From: a virus
IMG/VR virus record: IMGVR_UViG_3300035190_000190
Span: 11,123 to 75,122 of that record
Length of the DNA: 64,000 nt
Direction: 5' to 3' (one strand)
A program made the position numbers and the translations under genes. A model generated the notes under the pieces. The model ran no database searches. It was not told where the DNA came from and saw only the letters and a program-made list of their open reading frames with translations. This document shows, piece by piece, positions 19,154-26,734 of this stretch (position 1 is its first letter; the number at the start of each line of letters is the position of its first letter).

Positions 19154-20070
19154 TGAAACGATTGTTTACATTTGGCTGTAGCTTTACTCAGTATAGTTGG
19201 CCGACTTGGGCTGATATTATTGGGCGCGAGTATGATTACTTTGAAAATTGGGGCAAGGCTGGTAGCGGTAATCATCTAATATTATACCTACTATCAGAGT
19301 GTATTTTAAAAAATAAATTAAATTCTAACGATTTAGTAATTATAATGTGGACTAACATAGCTAGAGAAGATCGCTATGTTAATAATAAATGGATATCTCC
19401 AGGAAATATTTTTTGTCAAAAAGAATATAGCAACGAATTAGTGGTAAAATACGCAGATGACAAAGGTTATCTCATTACAAATTTAGCTGTAATTCATGCA
19501 GTTAAAAAAATGTTAGAAGAATACAAAATTCCTCATATATTTACGTCTATGGTAAATTTAAATAGTATAGGCCGACACAATGAATTGACGATTGGCGGAG
19601 TTAGTCAAATTTGGAATGAGTATCTAGATATACTTAATTTTATTAGACCTAGTATGTTTGATATTATCTTTAATCAGCAATGGTCAGTTCGAACGTTGGC
19701 CGGCTATCCATTTTATGAATCAGCCTTGGAAAACAAATATAACGAACTAGCAGGAACTGATTGGCCATCTTTTGAAAAATTTAAAACAAATAATTTTTCA
19801 GAGGTGCCCCAGTCTATTTTAACCGAATTAAACGAAGTTAAAAAATGGAATGAATTTATACAGTTTAAGAAAAAAATTAAATCTAAACGGATTGATTCTC
19901 ACCCTATCCCGATGGAGCATCTTAAATATATAGAAACTGTTATTCCAGAAATTTCTATCAGTGATAGTACTAAAGAGTGGGTGGGTATTATTAATAGTAG
20001 GCTATTATCTAATAAAAAATTTAATGATCTATGGAAAGAACAACAACATGCTGCTCCGAATAGATGGTAA
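19153..20070 (+). CDS. SGNH/GDSL-like protein
   Basis: FGCSFT, GSGN, IMWT...RED, DSHP...H. Confidence 0.6.
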   Translation: MKRLFTFGCSFTQYSWPTWADIIGREYDYFENWGKAGSGNHLILYLLSECILKNKLNSNDLVIIMWTNIAREDRYVNNKWISPGNIFCQKEYSNELVVKYADDKGYLITNLAVIHAVKKMLEEYKIPHIFTSMVNLNSIGRHNELTIGGVSQIWNEYLDILNFIRPSMFDIIFNQQWSVRTLAGYPFYESALENKYNELAGTDWPSFEKFKTNNFSEVPQSILTELNEVKKWNEFIQFKKKIKSKRIDSHPIPMEHLKYIETVIPEISISDSTKEWVGIINSRLLSNKKFNDLWKEQQHAAPNRW

Positions 20071-20083
20071 ATGTTAATTAACA

Positions 20084-20590
20084 ATGAAAACTTTTGTATT
20101 TTCTTTGTTAATCTGTATTGGAGTGAGTGGTTGTGCTACTCCGGAAATAACCAAACTCAGCGAGCAAGACTATAAGGTTGTGGGTAAACTTCATAAAGAA
20201 GAATACGACGAAATAATTACCATAGTCAAGCAACACCCCAACCAACCGTTGAATTTTTATGTCACGTCAATTGGCGGTACCAGTGAAGATTTGTTAGATG
20301 CTATGGATACAGTATATCAACACGGACTAGTTAATTGGTATGCTGTAGAATATTGTGACAGTGCCTGTGCTATTATGGCCTTAGCTACTCATCACGCCAA
20401 TGGTGAGTTTAAACTACATTCGTTCTATTCGCATAAGCAACATCAAATACTTGCGGCACCGGAATACAATGAACGTATATTAAAAAAGTTAAACTCGTAC
20501 GGATACGACACAGATCGTATGCATCATATGTTTGATAGTGTAGAACATTTATGGCCAATAGTTATTGTAGATGGCAAAATAATTGATTGA
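20084..20590 (+). CDS. putative lipoprotein with ClpP/crotonase-like fold
   Basis: Signal peptide with lipobox VSGC; SIGG...CDSAC...LH. Confidence 0.55.
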   Translation: MKTFVFSLLICIGVSGCATPEITKLSEQDYKVVGKLHKEEYDEIITIVKQHPNQPLNFYVTSIGGTSEDLLDAMDTVYQHGLVNWYAVEYCDSACAIMALATHHANGEFKLHSFYSHKQHQILAAPEYNERILKKLNSYGYDTDRMHHMFDSVEHLWPIVIVDGKIID

Positions 20591-20615
20591 CTTTACAGCA
20601 AAACCTAAATATAAT
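20587..20615 (+). promoter_or_regulatory. sigma70-type promoter for queD with overlapping TAAATA
   Basis: TTGACT-17-TATAAT. Confidence 0.75.
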
Positions 20616-20638
20616 AGTAAAATAGACAAGGAAAACTT

Positions 20639-21190
20639 ATGGCACACGTAATTGATAAAACATTTGAATTCTGTTATGGACACAGAGTACACACACAAAA
20701 ACTTAATGGTGAATATGCGGCAGATTTAAAGTGTGCCTGCCGTCATTTACACGGACATGAAGGTAAGATGCAGGTGTTCTTAAAGAGCCCAACAGGTCAG
20801 TTAGATCCAACTGGTATGGTTACTGACTTCCGCCATTTAGAATGGTTAAAGAAATGGATTAACGAGTATATCGATCATCAGTTTATGCTTGATGTCAATG
20901 ATCCATTGTTTGGTCAATTGATTGGCACACGTGCAATGATTCCAGTATACATTCCAGAAACAGACAAGTATGCAGGTAGTATACTTGATTTAAGTGACTT
21001 GGAACCAAACACACCAGAGTATGAATACTTCGAAGGTTTCTTTATTGTAGACTTTGTTCCCACTAGTGAAAACTTATCAAGTTGGATGGCAGAGTTAGTA
21101 GATGCTAAGATGAAGAAACTAAACGTAACAGTAGACCGCATTGACTGGTGGGAAACTCCTAAGTCACGCAGTACTTTTATTAGAGGTTAA
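20639..21190 (+). CDS. queD: 6-carboxy-5,6,7,8-tetrahydropterin synthase
   Basis: FCYGHR, CRHLHGH, GMVTDF, DHQF, PTSENL, WETP. Confidence 0.92.
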   Translation: MAHVIDKTFEFCYGHRVHTQKLNGEYAADLKCACRHLHGHEGKMQVFLKSPTGQLDPTGMVTDFRHLEWLKKWINEYIDHQFMLDVNDPLFGQLIGTRAMIPVYIPETDKYAGSILDLSDLEPNTPEYEYFEGFFIVDFVPTSENLSSWMAELVDAKMKKLNVTVDRIDWWETPKSRSTFIRG

Positions 21191-21191
21191 T

Positions 21192-21557
21192 ATGAATACA
21201 ACAGTCTTTATCTTATTGGCATTATTTGGCATTAAGCATTTTATTGCTGACTTCTTAATGCAATATGAATACATGTTACGTGAGAAGGGTACATATGGTG
21301 CGGATGGCGGCATACATCATGCGGCGTTACATGCTACATTTACTTTATGGATTTTAGTGTTTGTAGTAGGAGATGCAAATCTCGCTATTATGTTATCACT
21401 AGCAGATGGTGCCATACACTACCACATCGACTGGGTTAAGCAAAAACTAAATCGAGGCTTGACCTCAGCAGATCGAATGTTTTGGGTCTGGATGGGTGCT
21501 GATCAAGGCCTGCATTACTTAACATATATAGGAATTATCTATGTCGGAACAATATAA
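21192..21557 (+). CDS. DUF3307-like membrane protein
   Basis: KHFIADFLMQ...HYHIDWVK...DQGLH. Confidence 0.75.
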   Translation: MNTTVFILLALFGIKHFIADFLMQYEYMLREKGTYGADGGIHHAALHATFTLWILVFVVGDANLAIMLSLADGAIHYHIDWVKQKLNRGLTSADRMFWVWMGADQGLHYLTYIGIIYVGTI

Positions 21558-22107
21558 ACGCTTTTGTCAATTTGAAAAAACCTGCGCAGGTGCAGATACC
21601 TGCGATGGCCCAACCTTTACGTTATTAGCAAGAACTATTGTAAAAAACAAATGTTGGGTTGTTGAAAGTGATGGCACGAAGGTTGCTACTATACTTGCCA
21701 ATGATGGTAATAACGGAGTTACATTAGTACATGACGGGCAACGAGAAAGATTCAGCAGTTTGAAGTTATTAAGTGCTCGTTATAATATTATCATTGACAA
21801 GACCAAAGTAGCCAAAGTAGCCAAAGAATCACATGAGGTATATGGATATCCCTGTGAAAATAAGCCACAGAACGCCTTATGGGACGTACAGCATAAACTA
21901 CCAGTGTTTACTAAAGGTAGTAAAAGCAAAAGTTTCTTTTGTGCTGGTTACTATATTGTACAGTTTAATAATGGGTGGGTAAAAAGCTATTGTCCAAAAT
22001 TAATTACTTTAAATAGGTATCCATATCAAGGTCCATTCAAAACACAAGAAGAAAGAAATATTCAATTAAAAATAGCCAATGGAGGTCATGATGGAGAATC
22101 AACTTAG
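21541..22107 (+). CDS. hypothetical protein
   Basis: 188-aa ORF in operon. Confidence 0.7.
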   Translation: MSEQYKRFCQFEKTCAGADTCDGPTFTLLARTIVKNKCWVVESDGTKVATILANDGNNGVTLVHDGQRERFSSLKLLSARYNIIIDKTKVAKVAKESHEVYGYPCENKPQNALWDVQHKLPVFTKGSKSKSFFCAGYYIVQFNNGWVKSYCPKLITLNRYPYQGPFKTQEERNIQLKIANGGHDGEST

Positions 22108-22312
22108 CCTGCATTTAAAGGCATTTAACAACCGAGTTAAGGTAATGAATCAAACTAACAGCAAAGATCTAACGCTATCTGCCGCAGATGTTAGAAATTT
22201 GCACAACGATATATTCGAATTACTAGCACAGATTGCGGCATTAACTGCTATTAAAGAAGCAGAAGAAGCCGAAGCAGTAATTAATATAGAGATGGATGGC
22301 GGTGGTTTTTAG
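22091..22312 (+). CDS. hypothetical protein
   Basis: GGAGG SD; ends MDGGGF. Confidence 0.7.
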   Translation: MENQLSLHLKAFNNRVKVMNQTNSKDLTLSAADVRNLHNDIFELLAQIAALTAIKEAEEAEAVINIEMDGGGF

Positions 22313-22372
22313 TAATTATATATGTAGTTAATTGGCATAAATAACTATATAATAAGAACTAGGAAACATCGA

Positions 22373-22660
22373 GTGAGTAGACCAAAGCCAACAGTACTAT
22401 TAGAACATGTTAATAAAACAAATTATAAAAGTGATCAGATTCTGGATTCAGAAGGCATCTGGGCGGTTTTCTTTGATAACCAACCAATCAATCTAAAAAC
22501 ACAAAATATCTTAGTAGCCTATCCAGGCCCAAAGTATAAGAAAGTTTCATTTAGTAATCCCGGTCACGCAATCAATCTCGCTAAAAAACTTAATGCGCTG
22601 TTTAAGTCAGACAAGTTTTCAGTTGTGCTACTTAAAGCTGGCGATACCATCTATCCATAA
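22373..22660 (+). CDS. hypothetical protein
   Basis: AGGA SD, ATAAATA at 22337-22343 upstream. Confidence 0.75.
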   Translation: MSRPKPTVLLEHVNKTNYKSDQILDSEGIWAVFFDNQPINLKTQNILVAYPGPKYKKVSFSNPGHAINLAKKLNALFKSDKFSVVLLKAGDTIYP

Positions 22661-22662
22661 TC

Positions 22663-23007
22663 ATGTTACAAGCAGAATGGCAGGCTAAGTTTTACGCTTT
22701 AACTCCATACTCAGTAAGTCCTAGCAGTTGGTGGTATAATCCAACTAATCACAACAGTTTACGATTGACCCAAAGAGCCTATTTGGAAGTGCGTAAACAC
22801 ACTAAATTTTACAAGTTTGAACTTAGTCACGACATACGTCCTAAAACGTTTGTACAGCTAGAGCGTTGGTTTAAAGAGCCATATTACGTACAAAATCGCA
22901 AGACTATACACATTGTCAGCGACCGTGATGCAATGATGCTATCATTACATGCCAACAACCTACAACAATATTTAGATAACCAATCAATTGACAATCAAGA
23001 ACTTTGA
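22663..23007 (+). CDS. hypothetical protein
   Basis: 114-aa ORF. Confidence 0.65.
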   Translation: MLQAEWQAKFYALTPYSVSPSSWWYNPTNHNSLRLTQRAYLEVRKHTKFYKFELSHDIRPKTFVQLERWFKEPYYVQNRKTIHIVSDRDAMMLSLHANNLQQYLDNQSIDNQEL

Positions 23008-23016
23008 TAGTATAAT
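22988..23016 (+). promoter_or_regulatory. consensus sigma70 promoter
   Basis: TTGACA-17-TATAAT. Confidence 0.8.
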
Positions 23017-23041
23017 GATACATATTAATAAGGAGTAAGAC

Positions 23042-23335
23042 ATGAAGAAGCTATTACTAGCAACACTGTTATTATCACTTAGCACTACTGCAGCCGCAGA
23101 TGGCTATCACAATCGAAACTATCATGGCAACGGTAATGACGTGTTACTCCCGTTAATTGTTGGCGGCACACTTGGTTATATCATAGCCCAACCTCGCACA
23201 GTGGTAGTACAACAACCACAATACACACTGCTACCGAGCTATGTGCCTGCTAACAACGAACCAATCTATCAATATCAGAACATATATGACGGTAATTGTG
23301 CTTGTTATCATCGAGTTTTAGTTCAAATTAACTAA
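23042..23335 (+). CDS. small exported protein
   Basis: AAGGAG SD; Sec signal MKKLLLATLLLSLSTTAAA; internal hydrophobic segment. Confidence 0.7.
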   Translation: MKKLLLATLLLSLSTTAAADGYHNRNYHGNGNDVLLPLIVGGTLGYIIAQPRTVVVQQPQYTLLPSYVPANNEPIYQYQNIYDGNCACYHRVLVQIN

Positions 23336-23350
23336 GCAATAAATACATAT

Positions 23351-23932
23351 ATGAAAATTAATGAAGTGATAACGTATACTCTATTAGACGGTGCTAAACA
23401 GGCATTTACAGAGCTCGGTATTCCTTATATCGAACCTTATCAAGCTACTGTTAAAGACCTGCACCAAGGCAGTGTAGGCAAGCATCGCGGGTTATACTTT
23501 ATATTTGATTATGAACCTAATAATACTACCCCTTATTATATTGGTATTGCCACAGCCGGTAATACTATTCATAATAGATTCCAACCACATTATGCTAAAC
23601 TTACGGTTAATCTAGCGGCTATGTTTGGAGATGTTAATCGTCCAAGAAAAGAAACTCGTTGGCAGTTTCCTAAGAATTGGCGTAAAGGAATGAAACAGCA
23701 TTTCTTAGACAATCCAGATGATATTCCAGATTACTGGGTAGGTAGACAAAAGCATGATGTTCTACAACCTGCGAACTTAGACTGGAAGCCTATCTTTAAG
23801 AAAGAGGTAGATAAGTTGCCTGTGTTGGCTTGGAATCTCACCAACCTGGACAGCAAACAAATAGATGCCTTAGAAACAGCATTTATTCGTGCATATCGTC
23901 CTATATTCAACGGATCTAAAACACGAATTTAA
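23351..23932 (+). CDS. GIY-YIG family nuclease-like protein
   Basis: GLYFI...YYIG...NRF...LETAFI...PIFN; ATAAATA 5 nt upstream. Confidence 0.65.
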   Translation: MKINEVITYTLLDGAKQAFTELGIPYIEPYQATVKDLHQGSVGKHRGLYFIFDYEPNNTTPYYIGIATAGNTIHNRFQPHYAKLTVNLAAMFGDVNRPRKETRWQFPKNWRKGMKQHFLDNPDDIPDYWVGRQKHDVLQPANLDWKPIFKKEVDKLPVLAWNLTNLDSKQIDALETAFIRAYRPIFNGSKTRI

Positions 23933-23933
23933 C

Positions 23934-23961
23934 TTGACTTCTACTACAAAGAGTGTATAAT
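23934..23961 (+). promoter_or_regulatory. sigma70-type promoter
   Basis: TTGACT-16-TATAAT. Confidence 0.65.
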
Positions 23962-23989
23962 AGCACTATTAGTTAAGTAGGAGTTAATC

Positions 23990-24520
23990 ATGACAGATCT
24001 TGTAGCCAGAGCAGATGCATTCGCTGCTGCCGCACATGGTGCAATCAAACACAAACGAAAATACACAGGTGACGACTATATTGTTCATCCTCGTGAAGTT
24101 GCGGCAATAGTTGCAACTGTTCCTCACACCGACGAAATGCTTGCGGCGGCCTTATTACATGACACAGTAGAAGACACCGGTGTTACTATCGAAACTATCC
24201 GTGCAGAGTTTGGTCCAATTGTTGCAATGTATGTAGCAGACCTAACTGATGTTAGCCGTCCCAGTGATGGTAGTAGAGTAGTGCGCAAGGCTATTGATTT
24301 GGCGCACACTGCTACTGCTTGTGCTGATGCTAAAACAATTAAACTTGCCGACTTGCTGTCAAACACTGCCAGCATCGTTGCACACGACCCGGGCTTTGCA
24401 CGTGTGTATCTTAAAGAAAAAGCCGCAATGCTCGAAGTAATGACTGATGGTGATGCGACACTGTTGGCTCGTGCTAAGGCTACACTAGCGGCTGGACTTG
24501 CTAAATTGGATGGCAAATAA
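23990..24520 (+). CDS. HD-domain small alarmone hydrolase-like (Mesh1/SpoT HD) protein
   Basis: AHG...RK...YIVHP, AALLHDTVEDT, IKLADLLSN. Confidence 0.85.
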   Translation: MTDLVARADAFAAAAHGAIKHKRKYTGDDYIVHPREVAAIVATVPHTDEMLAAALLHDTVEDTGVTIETIRAEFGPIVAMYVADLTDVSRPSDGSRVVRKAIDLAHTATACADAKTIKLADLLSNTASIVAHDPGFARVYLKEKAAMLEVMTDGDATLLARAKATLAAGLAKLDGK

Positions 24521-24523
24521 CGG

Positions 24524-24552
24524 TTGACTTTTGGTAAAATTGACTGTATAAT
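24524..24552 (+). promoter_or_regulatory. sigma70-type promoter
   Basis: TTGACT-17-TATAAT. Confidence 0.75.
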
Positions 24553-24585
24553 GCTATACATACACTAACAACACAGGAGTAATAA

Positions 24586-24996
24586 ATGGCTTATATTAGC
24601 GCACAAGATGTAAAAGCAATACGTGACGAACTTAAAGCAACATTTCCTAAATTCAAATTTGGTGTACGTAAAGGTTATGCGGGCAGTTCAGTTGATGTAA
24701 CTATTAAGCAAGGTCCAGTTGACTTTGCTGAAGTGTTTGATGATGGTCATTTGCCTACTAAACGTAAATATGTTCAAATCAACGAATTCCATTTAGACTT
24801 CTACGGTAAGTACGAAGCGTTCTTTGAACAGGTATTAGAAATTATCAAGTGTGCTCCAGCTCGTGCTGGTGGTCGTGCTTGGTTTGATAAAAGCGATAGT
24901 ATGACAGATTATTTCCACATTGCATACTATATTCATTTAAACGTAGGTGAATGGGATAGTCCTTATACCTGCACAAAACAAAAGGAGTTTGCATAA
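24586..24996 (+). CDS. LPD29-like domain protein
   Basis: IRDELKATFPKFKFGVR...GSSVDV...DSMTDYF; AGGAG SD. Confidence 0.55.
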   Translation: MAYISAQDVKAIRDELKATFPKFKFGVRKGYAGSSVDVTIKQGPVDFAEVFDDGHLPTKRKYVQINEFHLDFYGKYEAFFEQVLEIIKCAPARAGGRAWFDKSDSMTDYFHIAYYIHLNVGEWDSPYTCTKQKEFA

Positions 24997-25160
24997 TGAG
25001 TAAAAATTTACAACGTATTTTAATTTCAATAATGTTAATCATCGGTTATGTAACATTAGGATTACTTGGTGAGAATGGTTTGATGTTACATGACCTATTA
25101 GGTAACTTTGCTGTCGGTTGGATAGTTTGGGAAATTGCCACTGGTATTGTTGGTGATTAA
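24996..25160 (+). CDS. 54-aa two-helix membrane protein (not in ORF track)
   Basis: AAGGAG SD, TAATG coupling; MSKNLQRILISIMLIIGYVTLGLLGENGLMLHDLLGNFAVGWIVWEIATGIVGD. Confidence 0.65.
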   Translation: MSKNLQRILISIMLIIGYVTLGLLGENGLMLHDLLGNFAVGWIVWEIATGIVGD

Positions 25161-25167
25161 ACAGTAC

Positions 25168-25196
25168 TTGACAAAACAAGAATTTGATAGTATAAT
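25168..25196 (+). promoter_or_regulatory. consensus sigma70 promoter
   Basis: TTGACA-17-TATAAT. Confidence 0.8.
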
Positions 25197-25234
25197 CTGT
25201 TTTGTTACATTTAATAATTAATTAGGAGCTACAC

Positions 25235-26332
25235 ATGGCAACAATAACTGAAAATAGAACTGTTACAGCAACAGAAGCAAAGGCAGCAATTTTACGTTGC
25301 TTTACAAAACAACGCCCACTATTTTTATGGGGCCCTCCTGGTATTGGTAAAAGTGAATTAGTAGAAGGCATTACTAAAGACATGGGCGGGTTGATGATTG
25401 ACTTGCGCTTGGCACAAATGGACCCGACGGATATACGTGGTATTCCTTACTTTAACAAAGACTTAGGCGTGATGGATTGGGCTCCGCCAATTGATTTGCC
25501 CACAGAAGAAATGGCTGCACAATATCCGATTGTGGTGTTGTTTTTAGATGAGATGAACAGTGCAGCGCCAAGTGTGCAGGCAGTTGCTTATCAACTTGTA
25601 TTGAACAGACGTGTGGGCAAATATAAACTGCCTGATAACGTTGTGTTGGTAGCGGCAGGTAACAGGGACGGTGACAAAGGTGTTAGCTACAGAATGCCAA
25701 GTCCACTTGCTAACAGGTTTGTGCATTTGGAAATGCGTGTGGACTTTGAGAGCTGGTTAGGTTGGGCTACTGAAAATCGTATTAACAAAGATGTAATTGG
25801 TTACATTAGTTTTGCTAAACAAGACTTGTATGACTTTGATCCAAAAAGCTCAAGCCGTAGTTTTGCAACACCTCGTAGCTGGACTTTTGTTAGCGAGTTG
25901 TTAGATGACGGTATGGCAGATAGCACCACTACAGATATTGTAGCAGGTACTATTGGTGAAGGTACTGCGGTTAAGTTTATGGCGCATAGAAAAATTTCTG
26001 CCAAAATGCCTAATCCAAGTGACATTTTAAATGGTAAGGTTACAGAACTTGCTGTTAAAGAAATTAGTGCTATGTACAGTTTGACAATGAGTATGTGTTA
26101 CGAATTGAAAGATGCGTACACTAAAATTGGTAAAGAAGACAATGCTAAATGGCACACTATGGCAGATTACTTCTTTAAGTTTATGATGGAAAACTTTACT
26201 ACAGAAGTTACTGTTATGGGCGCACGTGTAGCGTTAACAACTTTTAATTTGCCTTTTGTGCCTAACAAGTTGAAAAACTTTGATGAGTTCCACAAACGCT
26301 TTGGCAAATATGTTGTGGCTGCGGTCGCATAA
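25235..26332 (+). CDS. MoxR-like AAA+ ATPase
   Basis: GPPGIGKS Walker A, LFLDE Walker B, AAGN, LANRF, TPRSW. Confidence 0.9.
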   Translation: MATITENRTVTATEAKAAILRCFTKQRPLFLWGPPGIGKSELVEGITKDMGGLMIDLRLAQMDPTDIRGIPYFNKDLGVMDWAPPIDLPTEEMAAQYPIVVLFLDEMNSAAPSVQAVAYQLVLNRRVGKYKLPDNVVLVAAGNRDGDKGVSYRMPSPLANRFVHLEMRVDFESWLGWATENRINKDVIGYISFAKQDLYDFDPKSSSRSFATPRSWTFVSELLDDGMADSTTTDIVAGTIGEGTAVKFMAHRKISAKMPNPSDILNGKVTELAVKEISAMYSLTMSMCYELKDAYTKIGKEDNAKWHTMADYFFKFMMENFTTEVTVMGARVALTTFNLPFVPNKLKNFDEFHKRFGKYVVAAVA

Positions 26333-26337
26333 TAAGG

Positions 26338-26360
26338 AAAAGCCCCGCAAGGGGCTTTTT
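26338..26360 (+). terminator. intrinsic terminator
   Basis: aaaagcccc-gcaa-ggggcttttt hairpin with GNRA loop and U-tract. Confidence 0.85.
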
Positions 26361-26366
26361 ACATGT

Positions 26367-26678
26367 ATGAGTAATTATAAAATAACTAAGATGGATGGTA
26401 GACATACAGGTCACGAACTGTTTAATCATTATATAAATTATAATGTTTATACTCGTAGAAACTTTAATCCTGTCTCTGAGAATGAAGTAAACTTTCTCAA
26501 AGCCCGTGTTTGGTTTTGGGAAAAGTTTGGTCCAAGTAGCGAACTTGGTAAATGTCATCGACTAAACAGTATCGATCACCAAACCCCATTATGGGCTTGG
26601 CAAACTGAACATAACCTACTAAGAATATATGTATCAGAAAAGGCCCTAGACTTCTTTCTGTTAACACATTCAACTTGA
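26367..26678 (+). CDS. hypothetical protein
   Basis: ORF between MoxR and VWA genes; start moved to ATG 26367. Confidence 0.55.
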   Translation: MSNYKITKMDGRHTGHELFNHYINYNVYTRRNFNPVSENEVNFLKARVWFWEKFGPSSELGKCHRLNSIDHQTPLWAWQTEHNLLRIYVSEKALDFFLLTHST

Positions 26679-26703
26679 CAAACTTCACATTTGAATGTAT
26701 AAT
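26675..26703 (+). promoter_or_regulatory. consensus sigma70 promoter
   Basis: TTGACA-17-TATAAT. Confidence 0.8.
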
Positions 26704-26734
26704 AGCTGTTATAGTAAACAATTAGGAGTAACAT

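Noticed and set aside
24124-24561. 145-aa antisense ORF over the HD gene (and similar ones at 27088-27579, 54370-54810)
   Set aside because: Antisense shadows of well-supported genes caused by codon bias.
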